IMG/VR virus record: IMGVR_UViG_3300032046_000014
Coordinates: 1 to 64,000 of that record
DNA length: 64,000 nucleotides
Direction: 5' to 3' (one strand)
Origin: a virus
Translations under genes and position numbers: made by a program
The notes under the pieces: generated by a model
The model's database searches: none
What the model saw: the letters and a program-made list of their open reading frames with translations, nothing else
Told to the model about the DNA's origin: nothing
In this document: positions 18,012-26,710 of the stretch, in pieces
Layout of the letters: each line of letters begins with the position of its first letter
Numbering within the stretch: the stretch's first letter is position 1

Positions 18012-19102
18012 TTTGCTCCCACTTCATCCTGAACCCTTCGCAAGATCCGCACAAGCTGAGCAGCTGTTCGTTTAATGTCATAGTATTTTTCAGCAGTCTC
18101 TCGAGCTTCCTTCCGGACCTTGGCTTTGTCAACGCGGACTTGGTCGTAGAGTTTGGCTATACATTCGGCCATGTTAATCGAATCTAAAGCTCGCGCATGC
18201 ATGGTCGCATGACTATCGCCCCATCGTAAGCTGCTGTCCAAATCAATTACTGGGCAGCCGCAAGCCATGGCTTCGAAGTGAACTCTTGATGGGTCCCCAT
18301 AGAGACTGGGACTGAGCAGCATATCACATCCTCTATACCATTGGTCAGGATACAACTGTAGGCCCATGAGCCGGTATTTGCCAAGCCACTTGTCAAAAAG
18401 AGTTTTATGGAAAAGTATGTCAAGCACAGGTCTTTCCTGCGTTACACCCCAATGATGCAGTCTTACCAGAGGATTCTTCTGATAATATTCATTGACGGCT
18501 GCGTATGGCAGAAGCGGAAGCTTGACTCCTCCTTTCCTTTCCACTTCACCCATGCCGACTGCGGGTTCACCGTTTAAATCGATGCGCATGCCCTTCGGCG
18601 TATACCTGGACAAGTCGATGCCTTTTTCTATGCAATGTAGAATGCCGCGATGATCATAGGGCTTCCACATGGAAAACTGACGTTTATTCATTACTACGGA
18701 AGCGTCCAAGTTTTGAAGAGAACCAATTACTGCAGTATAACTGCCGCTTTCCCGTTCAGCCTCATAACAAGCCTCCGGAGTACCATGAATAAGCATTACG
18801 CGGGGACGCTGCATTGTTGAATAGCCAGTCATGAAGTAGCTGCTGACATGTATGGTTGCGCGTTCCTGGGCCCAGCCGTGGCTTTGCGTGGTGATCCAAC
18901 CGTCGCTTTTGCCGCCCTCCTTATTCTCGGGCTCCACGATTCCGGCTTCAACGCCGGGCAGTTGCATTTCAGCCAATACCAATTCTTTTATGGTTTCATA
19001 CATTCCGCTTAGTCCCGGAGCAAACATGACCCAATGCGCAATCACCAGGTCTACGTCTTCTTTTTCTTTGCCGGGAGCGTGTTCAGCTTCATGTAAAGTC
19101 AT
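18008..19102 (-). CDS. GT-B (GT4-like) glycosyltransferase
   Basis: IEKGIDLSRY, CDMLLSPS, FEAMACGCPVI; ATGA overlap start. Confidence 0.85.
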   Translation of the reverse strand: MTLHEAEHAPGKEKEDVDLVIAHWVMFAPGLSGMYETIKELVLAEMQLPGVEAGIVEPENKEGGKSDGWITTQSHGWAQERATIHVSSYFMTGYSTMQRPRVMLIHGTPEACYEAERESGSYTAVIGSLQNLDASVVMNKRQFSMWKPYDHRGILHCIEKGIDLSRYTPKGMRIDLNGEPAVGMGEVERKGGVKLPLLPYAAVNEYYQKNPLVRLHHWGVTQERPVLDILFHKTLFDKWLGKYRLMGLQLYPDQWYRGCDMLLSPSLYGDPSRVHFEAMACGCPVIDLDSSLRWGDSHATMHARALDSINMAECIAKLYDQVRVDKAKVRKEARETAEKYYDIKRTAAQLVRILRRVQDEVGAK

Positions 19103-20106
19103 GATTGTTTTTCTCCTAAAATGGCGTCCACGATTTTTTGTGCCCAACAATCCTCATTGTGCTGTTCTTGGACAAACTTCTGCACCTGTAGACTTAAGTC
19201 CTGTTTCTCCATCATAGACTGTTGCTCCCATTGAATAATCTTACGGACCAAGTCTCTTTGAGTCAGGAAAAGACATTTCTCCGGGAAAAGTGTTTCAGCG
19301 CCAAACCAATGGTGCACAAGGGGAGAGGCGCCGTAGGCCATGGCTTCAAATACTGATTGATGGTAGCCTTCCTGCATGCTATTGCTTATGATGATATCTA
19401 GGCTGCTGAGAAACTTTGCATATTCTTCCTGCTTCAAGAACCCGTGGAAAACTACCCGGTTGACTGGCAACCCCATTTTTTTCAGTGTATCGCTGAATTC
19501 GCCGATGAACTTTAGATATTCGGCTGTAACGTTGTCGTTGAAGCCTGTGAGTTCAGCGCCTCGAATATGTAGTGTCCAGTCGACATCTTTAGATTCGCTG
19601 CGGGAAAGCAGATCAAAGAAACTTTCAATAGTAGTATAGATGCGTTTGCGCGGTAATGGTGTGTATGTAATGAGGCCGAGTGTATGGTTGAAAGTCTTCT
19701 TGGGAGTTGCTGCAGGTGCAGTATTGCAGCCTACATTAGCTTCAGTATAAGAAAGTGGGGTTAACCCGATTTGTTTTTGGAAGCGCATGTACTGGGTTTT
19801 GGTGCAGATAAGGTGTACTCTAGACCAGTCTACCAGTTTGGCCTTGTCATAGACTTCTATCCTGTGCATGCGCGCGCTGATTCGGCAGCGTGTGGGAAAT
19901 CTGCTGGTCTCCGGCAAAGGAGCATAAACCCAATCAAAGAATGCGCAGTCTGCCCATCGCATCATCAGCTCATGTAATTGAACTAGATCGAATGTTTCAT
20001 CATCGGAGAAAACAAACTGCTGTACTTCGCATCCTCGGCGATTCAATTCTCTCAGTATTGGCGCAAGAAAATTAGGATTTCGAGCTACAACCAAAACTTT
20101 CAACAT
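19099..20106 (-). CDS. GT-B (GT4-like) glycosyltransferase
   Basis: DIIISNSMQEGYHQSVFEAMAYG. Confidence 0.85.
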   Translation of the reverse strand: MLKVLVVARNPNFLAPILRELNRRGCEVQQFVFSDDETFDLVQLHELMMRWADCAFFDWVYAPLPETSRFPTRCRISARMHRIEVYDKAKLVDWSRVHLICTKTQYMRFQKQIGLTPLSYTEANVGCNTAPAATPKKTFNHTLGLITYTPLPRKRIYTTIESFFDLLSRSESKDVDWTLHIRGAELTGFNDNVTAEYLKFIGEFSDTLKKMGLPVNRVVFHGFLKQEEYAKFLSSLDIIISNSMQEGYHQSVFEAMAYGASPLVHHWFGAETLFPEKCLFLTQRDLVRKIIQWEQQSMMEKQDLSLQVQKFVQEQHNEDCWAQKIVDAILGEKQS

Positions 20107-20108
20107 GT

Positions 20109-21125
20109 TCAGGATTCTCCCAGGATGATGTCAACAAGTTCCTTTGCTATTGTATTTTGGTTATCGGCCCGAGCGCAATTCTGGATTCGCATAGACTTGG
20201 CCATCTTAGATTCTGGGCGCCATTGTTCCCATTCCAAGATTTTATCAACCAGTTCTCTTTGAGAGAGAAACAGGGTTTCTTCTGGGAAGAGCTCATCTGC
20301 TCCCAACCATCGATGCACAAAAGGATAGACACCGTAAGTCATTGCTTCGAAGATGGACTGATGATAACCTTCCTGCATACTGTTACTGATGATGATGTCG
20401 AGTCCTTTCAAGAATTCTTTGTATCGGTCCGGTTTCATGTAATTATGAAAAATGATAGGATCAGTTGGTAGTCCTAAACTCTGGATTGTCGCTGCAAACT
20501 CTTTTATCATGCTGAAATATTCTAGACTTTCTGCTATTCGCCATGTTGAAGGTGTGCTTCGAATATGCAGCTGCCAGTTAGCATCATAGCCACCGCGTTT
20601 TGTTTGCTCGAGCAAATCATAAAAGGTCTCGATTGTAGTGTAGATCCGTTTCCGTGGCAGTCCTGTAATAGCAATGAGTCCGATATTATGACCGAAAACT
20701 TGTTTCGGCGTTTTTGTAGGTTCAATATCTACACCGATATTTAAGAAATGGACTTGCGCTGGACTTGGAAGATCTTCCCTTTGAAATCGTGAAAACTGAG
20801 GCGACGAGCAGACCAACTGTACCTTTGACCAGTCAATCTCATGCATCCATGCTTCATACACTTCTAACCCGTGAAGCCTAGCGGTGATCCGGCATTCTCG
20901 AGCCATTCGAGTGCCCCATACTAGAGGCGGATTGCAGAAGTCAAAAAATGCATAATCAGCCCACTGCATCAGTTCACAAACATTTATCCTGTTGATAGTC
21001 TCGTTGGAGCCGAACATTGTTCTTTTGACTGTGCAGTGACGCTGGGCAAGCTCTGCTAATACTGGGGGAAGAAAGGTTTCGTTGTATGCTATAACCGCAA
21101 CTTTAGAGGAAGCCAAAACTTTCAA
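20109..21125 (-). CDS. GT-B (GT4-like) glycosyltransferase, paralog of 19099..20106
   Basis: DIIISNSMQEGYHQSIFEAMTYG; shared PRKRIYTTIE. Confidence 0.85.
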   Translation of the reverse strand: MKVLASSKVAVIAYNETFLPPVLAELAQRHCTVKRTMFGSNETINRINVCELMQWADYAFFDFCNPPLVWGTRMARECRITARLHGLEVYEAWMHEIDWSKVQLVCSSPQFSRFQREDLPSPAQVHFLNIGVDIEPTKTPKQVFGHNIGLIAITGLPRKRIYTTIETFYDLLEQTKRGGYDANWQLHIRSTPSTWRIAESLEYFSMIKEFAATIQSLGLPTDPIIFHNYMKPDRYKEFLKGLDIIISNSMQEGYHQSIFEAMTYGVYPFVHRWLGADELFPEETLFLSQRELVDKILEWEQWRPESKMAKSMRIQNCARADNQNTIAKELVDIILGES

Positions 21126-21334
21126 CCGAGCTTTGCCTGCAGATCAGACGTCTTAACGTGAACTGCCATGCCTCTAGTATATTGGCCGGTGATGTTCTCG
21201 CTTGAGGAGCTTGTTATTTGCACGTCTTCGCCTTCAGGGCTTTGACCCTTGAGGATCACCGTGTACTTTTCTTTTTCTTCATCTTCAATTTTCTTCTTTA
21301 CTATTACATCCAACTCCAAATCATTCAGCCTCAA
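21122..21334 (-). CDS. small OB-like hypothetical protein
   Basis: TTG start with TATA upstream; overlaps next gene. Confidence 0.5.
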   Translation of the reverse strand: MRLNDLELDVIVKKKIEDEEKEKYTVILKGQSPEGEDVQITSSSSENITGQYTRGMAVHVKTSDLQAKLG

Positions 21335-21376
21335 AACTTATTCAATTATCAACGGAAAGCCTTTATATGACTTGCG

Positions 21377-21697
21377 ATGAGTTCTTCTCTGCGAACCGAT
21401 ATGACAGAAATAGACCGAGCCTGCGAACACTGTGGAAAAGTCACGAAGCATACCGTTACGCCTTTCTATATACCTTCAGTAAACCCAACAATTATCAGCT
21501 CGTCAAACAAGAGCATTGATCTTACAGGAAGAAGCGGACCCCCCGTGACTGTAACAAATACTCTGCCGCAGACCATAGAATATAAATGTAAAGAATGCGG
21601 CCACCTTACAGTTGAGGCTGGCCCAATTCAAAAGCAATCCGGGGATGATGCTTTTTCTGGTTTGAAACGGGGCTCGGACTGGACGGAGCCAAAATAG
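21377..21697 (+). CDS. Zn-ribbon protein
   Basis: CEHC...CKECG. Confidence 0.6.
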   Translation: MSSSLRTDMTEIDRACEHCGKVTKHTVTPFYIPSVNPTIISSSNKSIDLTGRSGPPVTVTNTLPQTIEYKCKECGHLTVEAGPIQKQSGDDAFSGLKRGSDWTEPK

Positions 21698-21752
21698 TTC
21701 GGTAGACCATAAGCCTTAAAATTCCTCATAACCTTTTTGAATAGCAGTTCAT

Positions 21753-22223
21753 GTGAGAAAAATGGACGTCTCAGAAGTCTTATCCTATATCGGTTCTGCC
21801 ATCGGTGTCATCGTGGCAATAGCATCTTTTATTGTTGCGCGCGCGCGTGCTTCTGTGACTGACACGAGAGAGCTTGAGCATCGTCTTACACAGCTGGAAA
21901 CTAATCAGTTCACAAAAGAGGATCGCCAATGTCTGCGAGATAATGATTTGAAGATGAAGCTATTCTGGGGAGTCGTTGAAAAAGAGTTTCCTAAGCTATT
22001 GAAGCAGCATCGAACCCCGATGGTTGACAAGCTTCTAACTAAGGCCGCAATGGGACTCGACAAACTCACTCCGAACGAAACTTCAAAATTGATGAAAGCC
22101 CTGGATAACGAATTCAATATAGCTGTATCCCAAAAGAATCCACGTCGGGCTCTTATGATTGCTTTCTACCTTAAAGTTATGGAGTTCAAGAATGGCATCA
22201 GACTATCAAGAGCCTGTGTGTAA
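21753..22223 (+). CDS. membrane-anchored coiled-coil protein
   Basis: N-terminal TM segment then ELEHRLTQLE. Confidence 0.6.
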   Translation: MRKMDVSEVLSYIGSAIGVIVAIASFIVARARASVTDTRELEHRLTQLETNQFTKEDRQCLRDNDLKMKLFWGVVEKEFPKLLKQHRTPMVDKLLTKAAMGLDKLTPNETSKLMKALDNEFNIAVSQKNPRRALMIAFYLKVMEFKNGIRLSRACV

Positions 22224-22259
22224 AGGCATTAATAGTTTACTGATATATATTGCAAGAGC

Positions 22260-22694
22260 ATGTCTCTTCTGATCCAAATAGAACTTTATGATGACATGCA
22301 TGGCAGTTTGGGAAGACGACATTTCCTAGCTCAGAACAACATAATTCCTGAGCCCAAACAAGTAATTCACGCAGTAAACTACTCCTATCAGACAAACGAT
22401 ACAATCATAGAAGTCTATTTGGATCAGCTCTGCAGAGCAGCCGCTTTCCATTATCCGCTTCAGTATATGGGTGTGGTTATTGCAATGCTTACCGAAGATT
22501 TGCTTGCCCAGATAATTCTGGCTGAACTTCAGTTTCCTCATGATGTCACGGGACCCTCAAGTTTTCTGGCAGCCAGCATCGTAGATGATGCTGTAGAATC
22601 CATTCTTCTCAGACAGAGTTTCAGCAAAAAAATCAGGGAGAAAGCATTGCCACGGGTTCTGGCCCGATACTCTCCTGATGAACGTTTTGTTTGA
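22260..22694 (+). CDS. hypothetical protein
   Basis: 144-aa ORF with TATA-like upstream element. Confidence 0.55.
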   Translation: MSLLIQIELYDDMHGSLGRRHFLAQNNIIPEPKQVIHAVNYSYQTNDTIIEVYLDQLCRAAAFHYPLQYMGVVIAMLTEDLLAQIILAELQFPHDVTGPSSFLAASIVDDAVESILLRQSFSKKIREKALPRVLARYSPDERFV

Positions 22695-22755
22695 CGCTGC
22701 ATCATAACCCTTTAAAACACTTACAGATACAGAAGTCAGGGAAGAGGTTGCTAAA

Positions 22756-23682
22756 GTGGATTCAACGCAGAAACTCTATCTTTTCAACGGTGAAACCTAC
22801 ATCGTGGTTCCCGAGTCAGCATGGCTAGACGAGCTGAAATCAAACCCGCTGGGCCCCACGGCAATCCATGCCCTGGAAGACCCGCTTATTCAGAAAGGCT
22901 GGACCAAGCTTCTAGGAGTACAGAACCCGAACAATCATGCTTACACGAGCGAATGGTTTTTCGCTGAAACAGGCACACATCTACGGGTCCTGGTTGATGA
23001 ACAAGGTCAATTAACCGTTGACGGAGCACCTGTAGGATCGACTACTACAGGTGAAGCAGTGAAAACACTGCAGAAGATCTCTGAAGAGAAAACCGGCAAA
23101 TGGATAACAGCTGTCCAGGAAGTCAAAGATGCAAATGGTACGCCGATTGTTGTGAAAAGAAAAATCTTCATTCCCACTGACAAACTGCGCAAACCACAGA
23201 TCTTCGCTCCCGGCAAAGATGCACGTTTGCCGGAACATATAACCAGGATCGGCGCGGAAAAAGGCGGTCCCCATCCTACCATGGATGTTATGACTTCACA
23301 GAAAATGGATGCGATGAACCAGCTTCTCGGCATCTATACGCCTATACTTTTGAAGGAGCAACCGAGCCCCCAAGAAATGTTGCGGCGCTGCAGTTGCATG
23401 TTGGAAATGGCTGAAAAAGAAGAAAATGAAGAAGAACGGCAGCGACTCTGCGAAACAATTGAAAGAGAACTAGCAGCTCTTGAGGCAATGCAGAAGTCTT
23501 TGAAACCAAGCCAACTGAAACCTTTCGTCGGCGACGAAGCAAAAGACAGAGACAAATACCGAAAACTGGCAGACCAAACTGATGATCCGAAAGAAAAGAA
23601 AACCCTGACGGAGATCAGCCGGCAAGAAGGAGAACACAACGAGAAAATCCGACAGATGATCGCAAGGTCACATGAACAATAG
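22756..23682 (+). CDS. putative head-associated protein with C-terminal ferritin-like helix pair
   Basis: DEAKDRDKY...EISRQEGEH; late-type promoter upstream. Confidence 0.55.
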   Translation: MDSTQKLYLFNGETYIVVPESAWLDELKSNPLGPTAIHALEDPLIQKGWTKLLGVQNPNNHAYTSEWFFAETGTHLRVLVDEQGQLTVDGAPVGSTTTGEAVKTLQKISEEKTGKWITAVQEVKDANGTPIVVKRKIFIPTDKLRKPQIFAPGKDARLPEHITRIGAEKGGPHPTMDVMTSQKMDAMNQLLGIYTPILLKEQPSPQEMLRRCSCMLEMAEKEENEEERQRLCETIERELAALEAMQKSLKPSQLKPFVGDEAKDRDKYRKLADQTDDPKEKKTLTEISRQEGEHNEKIRQMIARSHEQ

Positions 23683-23693
23683 GAGAATGAGAA

Positions 23694-23945
23694 GTGTCAG
23701 CTCAAACTCCCCAAGTTGTCAGAGACTCAGCAGGCATCGTAGGCTATTATGTCATTTTGGAAGTTGTTGTTTCCACGGGCGACACGTTTAAGGTGCAACA
23801 GCTTGCAAGTATCAGCGGAGTCGCAGCTCTCAAAATTGCCGACTGGAGCACAGTCACCTGCACATCTGTAGGTAATGTTGTCACAGTCACTCAGGCGGGA
23901 CTGAGCGGTGCAAGGATCGTGGCTGTGGTTGGTGGCCAAAAGTGA
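23694..23945 (+). CDS. small beta-rich putative virion protein
   Basis: Val/Thr/Gly-rich; AGGAGA RBS. Confidence 0.55.
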   Translation: MSAQTPQVVRDSAGIVGYYVILEVVVSTGDTFKVQQLASISGVAALKIADWSTVTCTSVGNVVTVTQAGLSGARIVAVVGGQK

Positions 23946-24694
23946 CCCTTTTCCCCGGAGCAAAGACTCTTTCTTCAAGCGTCTATCTTAACCCGCATTT
24001 CCAACAAGAAGCATATCAACCAAAATATTGCACTCTCGAGGACTTCGAAGATTATTATCAAGCAGACGTAACTGCAGATACTGTGCCAACTGTTTCGCAG
24101 GCCCTTAAACTACTACAGATCGGGGAAGCAGAAATCGACTCGCATGAATGGGGAAGATACATTCAGGAAGACGAATACTTAGACGGTCAATATGAAATCC
24201 TCACCTTCCAATGGCGATACGTCGGCTTCTTCGCCCAAGTCTTTTATCCGCACCACACGAACATTCTACGAGTAATCGACTGCGCTTACAACTCCGGAGG
24301 AGTACCTTCCAGCGACGCAACCTGGACAAAAGTCACCGAGGGCCCAGCAAACAACAGCAGCTTCGTAGTGCTGAGAAAACCCAAACTGAAAACCCAGGTG
24401 GGAAGTGCACTTCTTTTCTATTCAAACGTACCCTATCCAGGTCCGCTGCGGCTCAGACTCACGTACGAATACGGAATGGACATCGACAAAGCTTTACTGC
24501 GTGAATGGGCCGGCAAAAAAGCAGCCAAAGATGCATTGGAAATGCGTTCCGCAGCAGAACATGTTAACATCAATCTGGATGCGGGGCCATGGGCCGCTCT
24601 GTACAAGGCATATGGAGACCGACTTAAAGAACTAGCAAATGACTTGTTCCCGAAGAAAGTGCGCAAAATTTGGGTCTATCCAAGCACAATGTAA
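23942..24694 (+). CDS. head-to-tail adaptor-like protein
   Basis: YCTLED...GEAEID...EYLDG...LRLTYEYG pattern typical of gp6/gp15-like adaptors. Confidence 0.65.
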   Translation: MTLFPGAKTLSSSVYLNPHFQQEAYQPKYCTLEDFEDYYQADVTADTVPTVSQALKLLQIGEAEIDSHEWGRYIQEDEYLDGQYEILTFQWRYVGFFAQVFYPHHTNILRVIDCAYNSGGVPSSDATWTKVTEGPANNSSFVVLRKPKLKTQVGSALLFYSNVPYPGPLRLRLTYEYGMDIDKALLREWAGKKAAKDALEMRSAAEHVNINLDAGPWAALYKAYGDRLKELANDLFPKKVRKIWVYPSTM

Positions 24695-24744
24695 ACGTCC
24701 GCTAGACCATAACACTAAAAACACAAAACTTCTAAAACAGAACT

Positions 24745-24942
24745 ATGCCAATTCCACAGTTAACATGCCCAAAATGCGACAGCTCTCTCGAACAGGAAAT
24801 CCGCGTTTCAAAAATGACCCATATCGTCAAAAATCCGAAGAGATCTACCAAAACCAAACGTGGTTACGTCTATCACTGTCTTCGCTGCAAGACATACTAC
24901 AAACCTGCCATGGCTCTAGTCGAGTGTGTCATAGTCGAATGA
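24745..24942 (+). CDS. Zn-ribbon protein
   Basis: CPKC...CLRC. Confidence 0.6.
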   Translation: MPIPQLTCPKCDSSLEQEIRVSKMTHIVKNPKRSTKTKRGYVYHCLRCKTYYKPAMALVECVIVE

Positions 24943-25538
24943 CTCTGTCGCCAGCTTTGATGATGCTCATACCGATTCTGATTGTTCTCGTAACAGCATA
25001 CTTCTTACATGAACTGTATATCATCATCAGAAAACTCTCGGCTTTCCAGCTTTCTAGCAGTTGGATAAAAATAGGCACCATAATCCTAGCATTCGCCTTG
25101 GCTGCAGTCTCAGGTATGATGGTGTATCAAAGCACTTTTGAAATATTCGCCGCGTCGATGCTGCTTGTCCCTTCACAAGGAACAATAAAAACTGCTGGCC
25201 TTGACTTTGGAGTATACTGGGACATCACAGGAACTCAGCCCGTGACTTCTGTTGATTGGGGCACATTGAGCCCGGGAGACCACAAAACCGTGACTTTCTG
25301 GGTGAAAAATCAGGCTGCAATCCCGATTTATTGTGGTGCACAGCCGGACAGTGGAACATGGCAGCCTGCAACTGCAAGCAATTATCTTACGTTGAGCTGG
25401 ACCTTTGGCACAAAGTCGCTGGGAGTCTCTATGCTTCGACGCATCAACATGACTCTTACCGTGAGCCCGACCATTAAGGACATCACAATTTTCAGTTTCA
25501 CCATAATAGTCAACGCGCAAGAAACTCCTCTCAGCTGA
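24939..25538 (+). CDS. membrane protein with Ig-like C-terminal domain
   Basis: two TM segments; GVYWD...VTSVDWGTLSPG...YLTLSW. Confidence 0.7.
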   Translation: MTLSPALMMLIPILIVLVTAYFLHELYIIIRKLSAFQLSSSWIKIGTIILAFALAAVSGMMVYQSTFEIFAASMLLVPSQGTIKTAGLDFGVYWDITGTQPVTSVDWGTLSPGDHKTVTFWVKNQAAIPIYCGAQPDSGTWQPATASNYLTLSWTFGTKSLGVSMLRRINMTLTVSPTIKDITIFSFTIIVNAQETPLS

Positions 25539-25579
25539 AACCCCACAAATGTTATTTAGTCCCACAGAAGAAGAATAGT

Positions 25580-25978
25580 TTGACCATTATGCCATCGTTA
25601 TGGTTCTGGATAGTCCTATGGCTATGCATTCTAGCAATAGTCATAATTGCTATCTGGTTCGGGAAGCATGTCTCTGTGCCGACGATAACCGTAAACACAA
25701 ACAAGGACAGTTACGCCAGGAACGAAGTTGTACAAATCACAGGCACGGTAAAGCAGGGGGCCACCCCCCTTCCAGGAAAGACGGTCAAACTGGCAATCCA
25801 AGGGCCGGGACCTGATGCTTGGTCTTTGCCCGACGCGACCACGGATTCCAACGGCTTATTCAGTACAAGCTGGACCGTCCCCGCTGACGCTGCAAACGGA
25901 GATTATACCCTGAATGTTTCGTGTTTAGGTTCGTCGGCTAGTAAGACCTTCAGACCGGACCAGATGGCAATCAACTAA
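25580..25978 (+). CDS. membrane-anchored Ig-like (MG2-like) protein
   Basis: TM segment plus TNKDSY...VQITG...TTDSNG...GDYTL. Confidence 0.7.
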   Translation: MTIMPSLWFWIVLWLCILAIVIIAIWFGKHVSVPTITVNTNKDSYARNEVVQITGTVKQGATPLPGKTVKLAIQGPGPDAWSLPDATTDSNGLFSTSWTVPADAANGDYTLNVSCLGSSASKTFRPDQMAIN

Positions 25979-26022
25979 AGGTATAAACTCCATCGAACAA
26001 AAAAAGAAGGGAGTTACTGAGT

Positions 26023-26316
26023 TTACTCTTCTTCTATGTAGGCTTCGATTTTGGCGAGCAGTTTCAGTATGGATTTCGAGAGCATCATTAGTGTCCCGAT
26101 GATGAGGATGAACACTGTCAGGATGATCCAGTTCACCCATGTCATCATGGTAGCGGTTTCAGCTTGCAGTGCAGGCACTACGACGTATGCTCCGTAGAGA
26201 AAGTTAAGTGCCAAGCCGAAGATCGTCCAGAGCAGTAGAATCAGTGTTTTCAAGCCTTTAGGGATTCCTTTTCCATTTTCTGACAAAATGATCCCTGAAG
26301 AACCATCGTGTAGCAT
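26023..26316 (-). CDS. 2-TM membrane protein (holin-like candidate)
   Basis: two hydrophobic helices and charged C-terminus. Confidence 0.55.
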   Translation of the reverse strand: MLHDGSSGIILSENGKGIPKGLKTLILLLWTIFGLALNFLYGAYVVVPALQAETATMMTWVNWIILTVFILIIGTLMMLSKSILKLLAKIEAYIEEE

Positions 26317-26440
26317 CTATTTAACTTTTGTTGAGCAACCATAGGGTTTTGCGGGAAAACGAAAAGAGTCTATTATTCCGTTCACTGTTCTGAGAAACGC
26401 AAAACTTATATCATGAATATACGTTTTATCATTTGGTGAA

Positions 26441-26710
26441 ATGATGCTGCTTAACACAGACCTTGTCCGAGAAGTAGTGAATGAACTTATTAAAGAGGAT
26501 CGAGAGTTTCATTCAACCGAATTGGCTGAAGCATTGGGCAAAAGGATTGGTATGGTCATAAAAGTAGATACCGCCAGATACTGGGCGAACAAGTTCACTC
26601 TTGATGGGTTGCTTGAGAGACGCCCGATCAATAAAAAACTTCGAGTCTACCGCAGAAGAAAAGGCATAGATCTTTCTTCATCATTGACAGTTCAGAAACC
26701 ATCTAATTAA
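26441..26710 (+). CDS. wHTH protein ending in one 14-aa repeat-like unit
   Basis: FHSTELAEAL...DGLLER; C-terminal KGIDLSSSLTVQK. Confidence 0.65.
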   Translation: MMLLNTDLVREVVNELIKEDREFHSTELAEALGKRIGMVIKVDTARYWANKFTLDGLLERRPINKKLRVYRRRKGIDLSSSLTVQKPSN

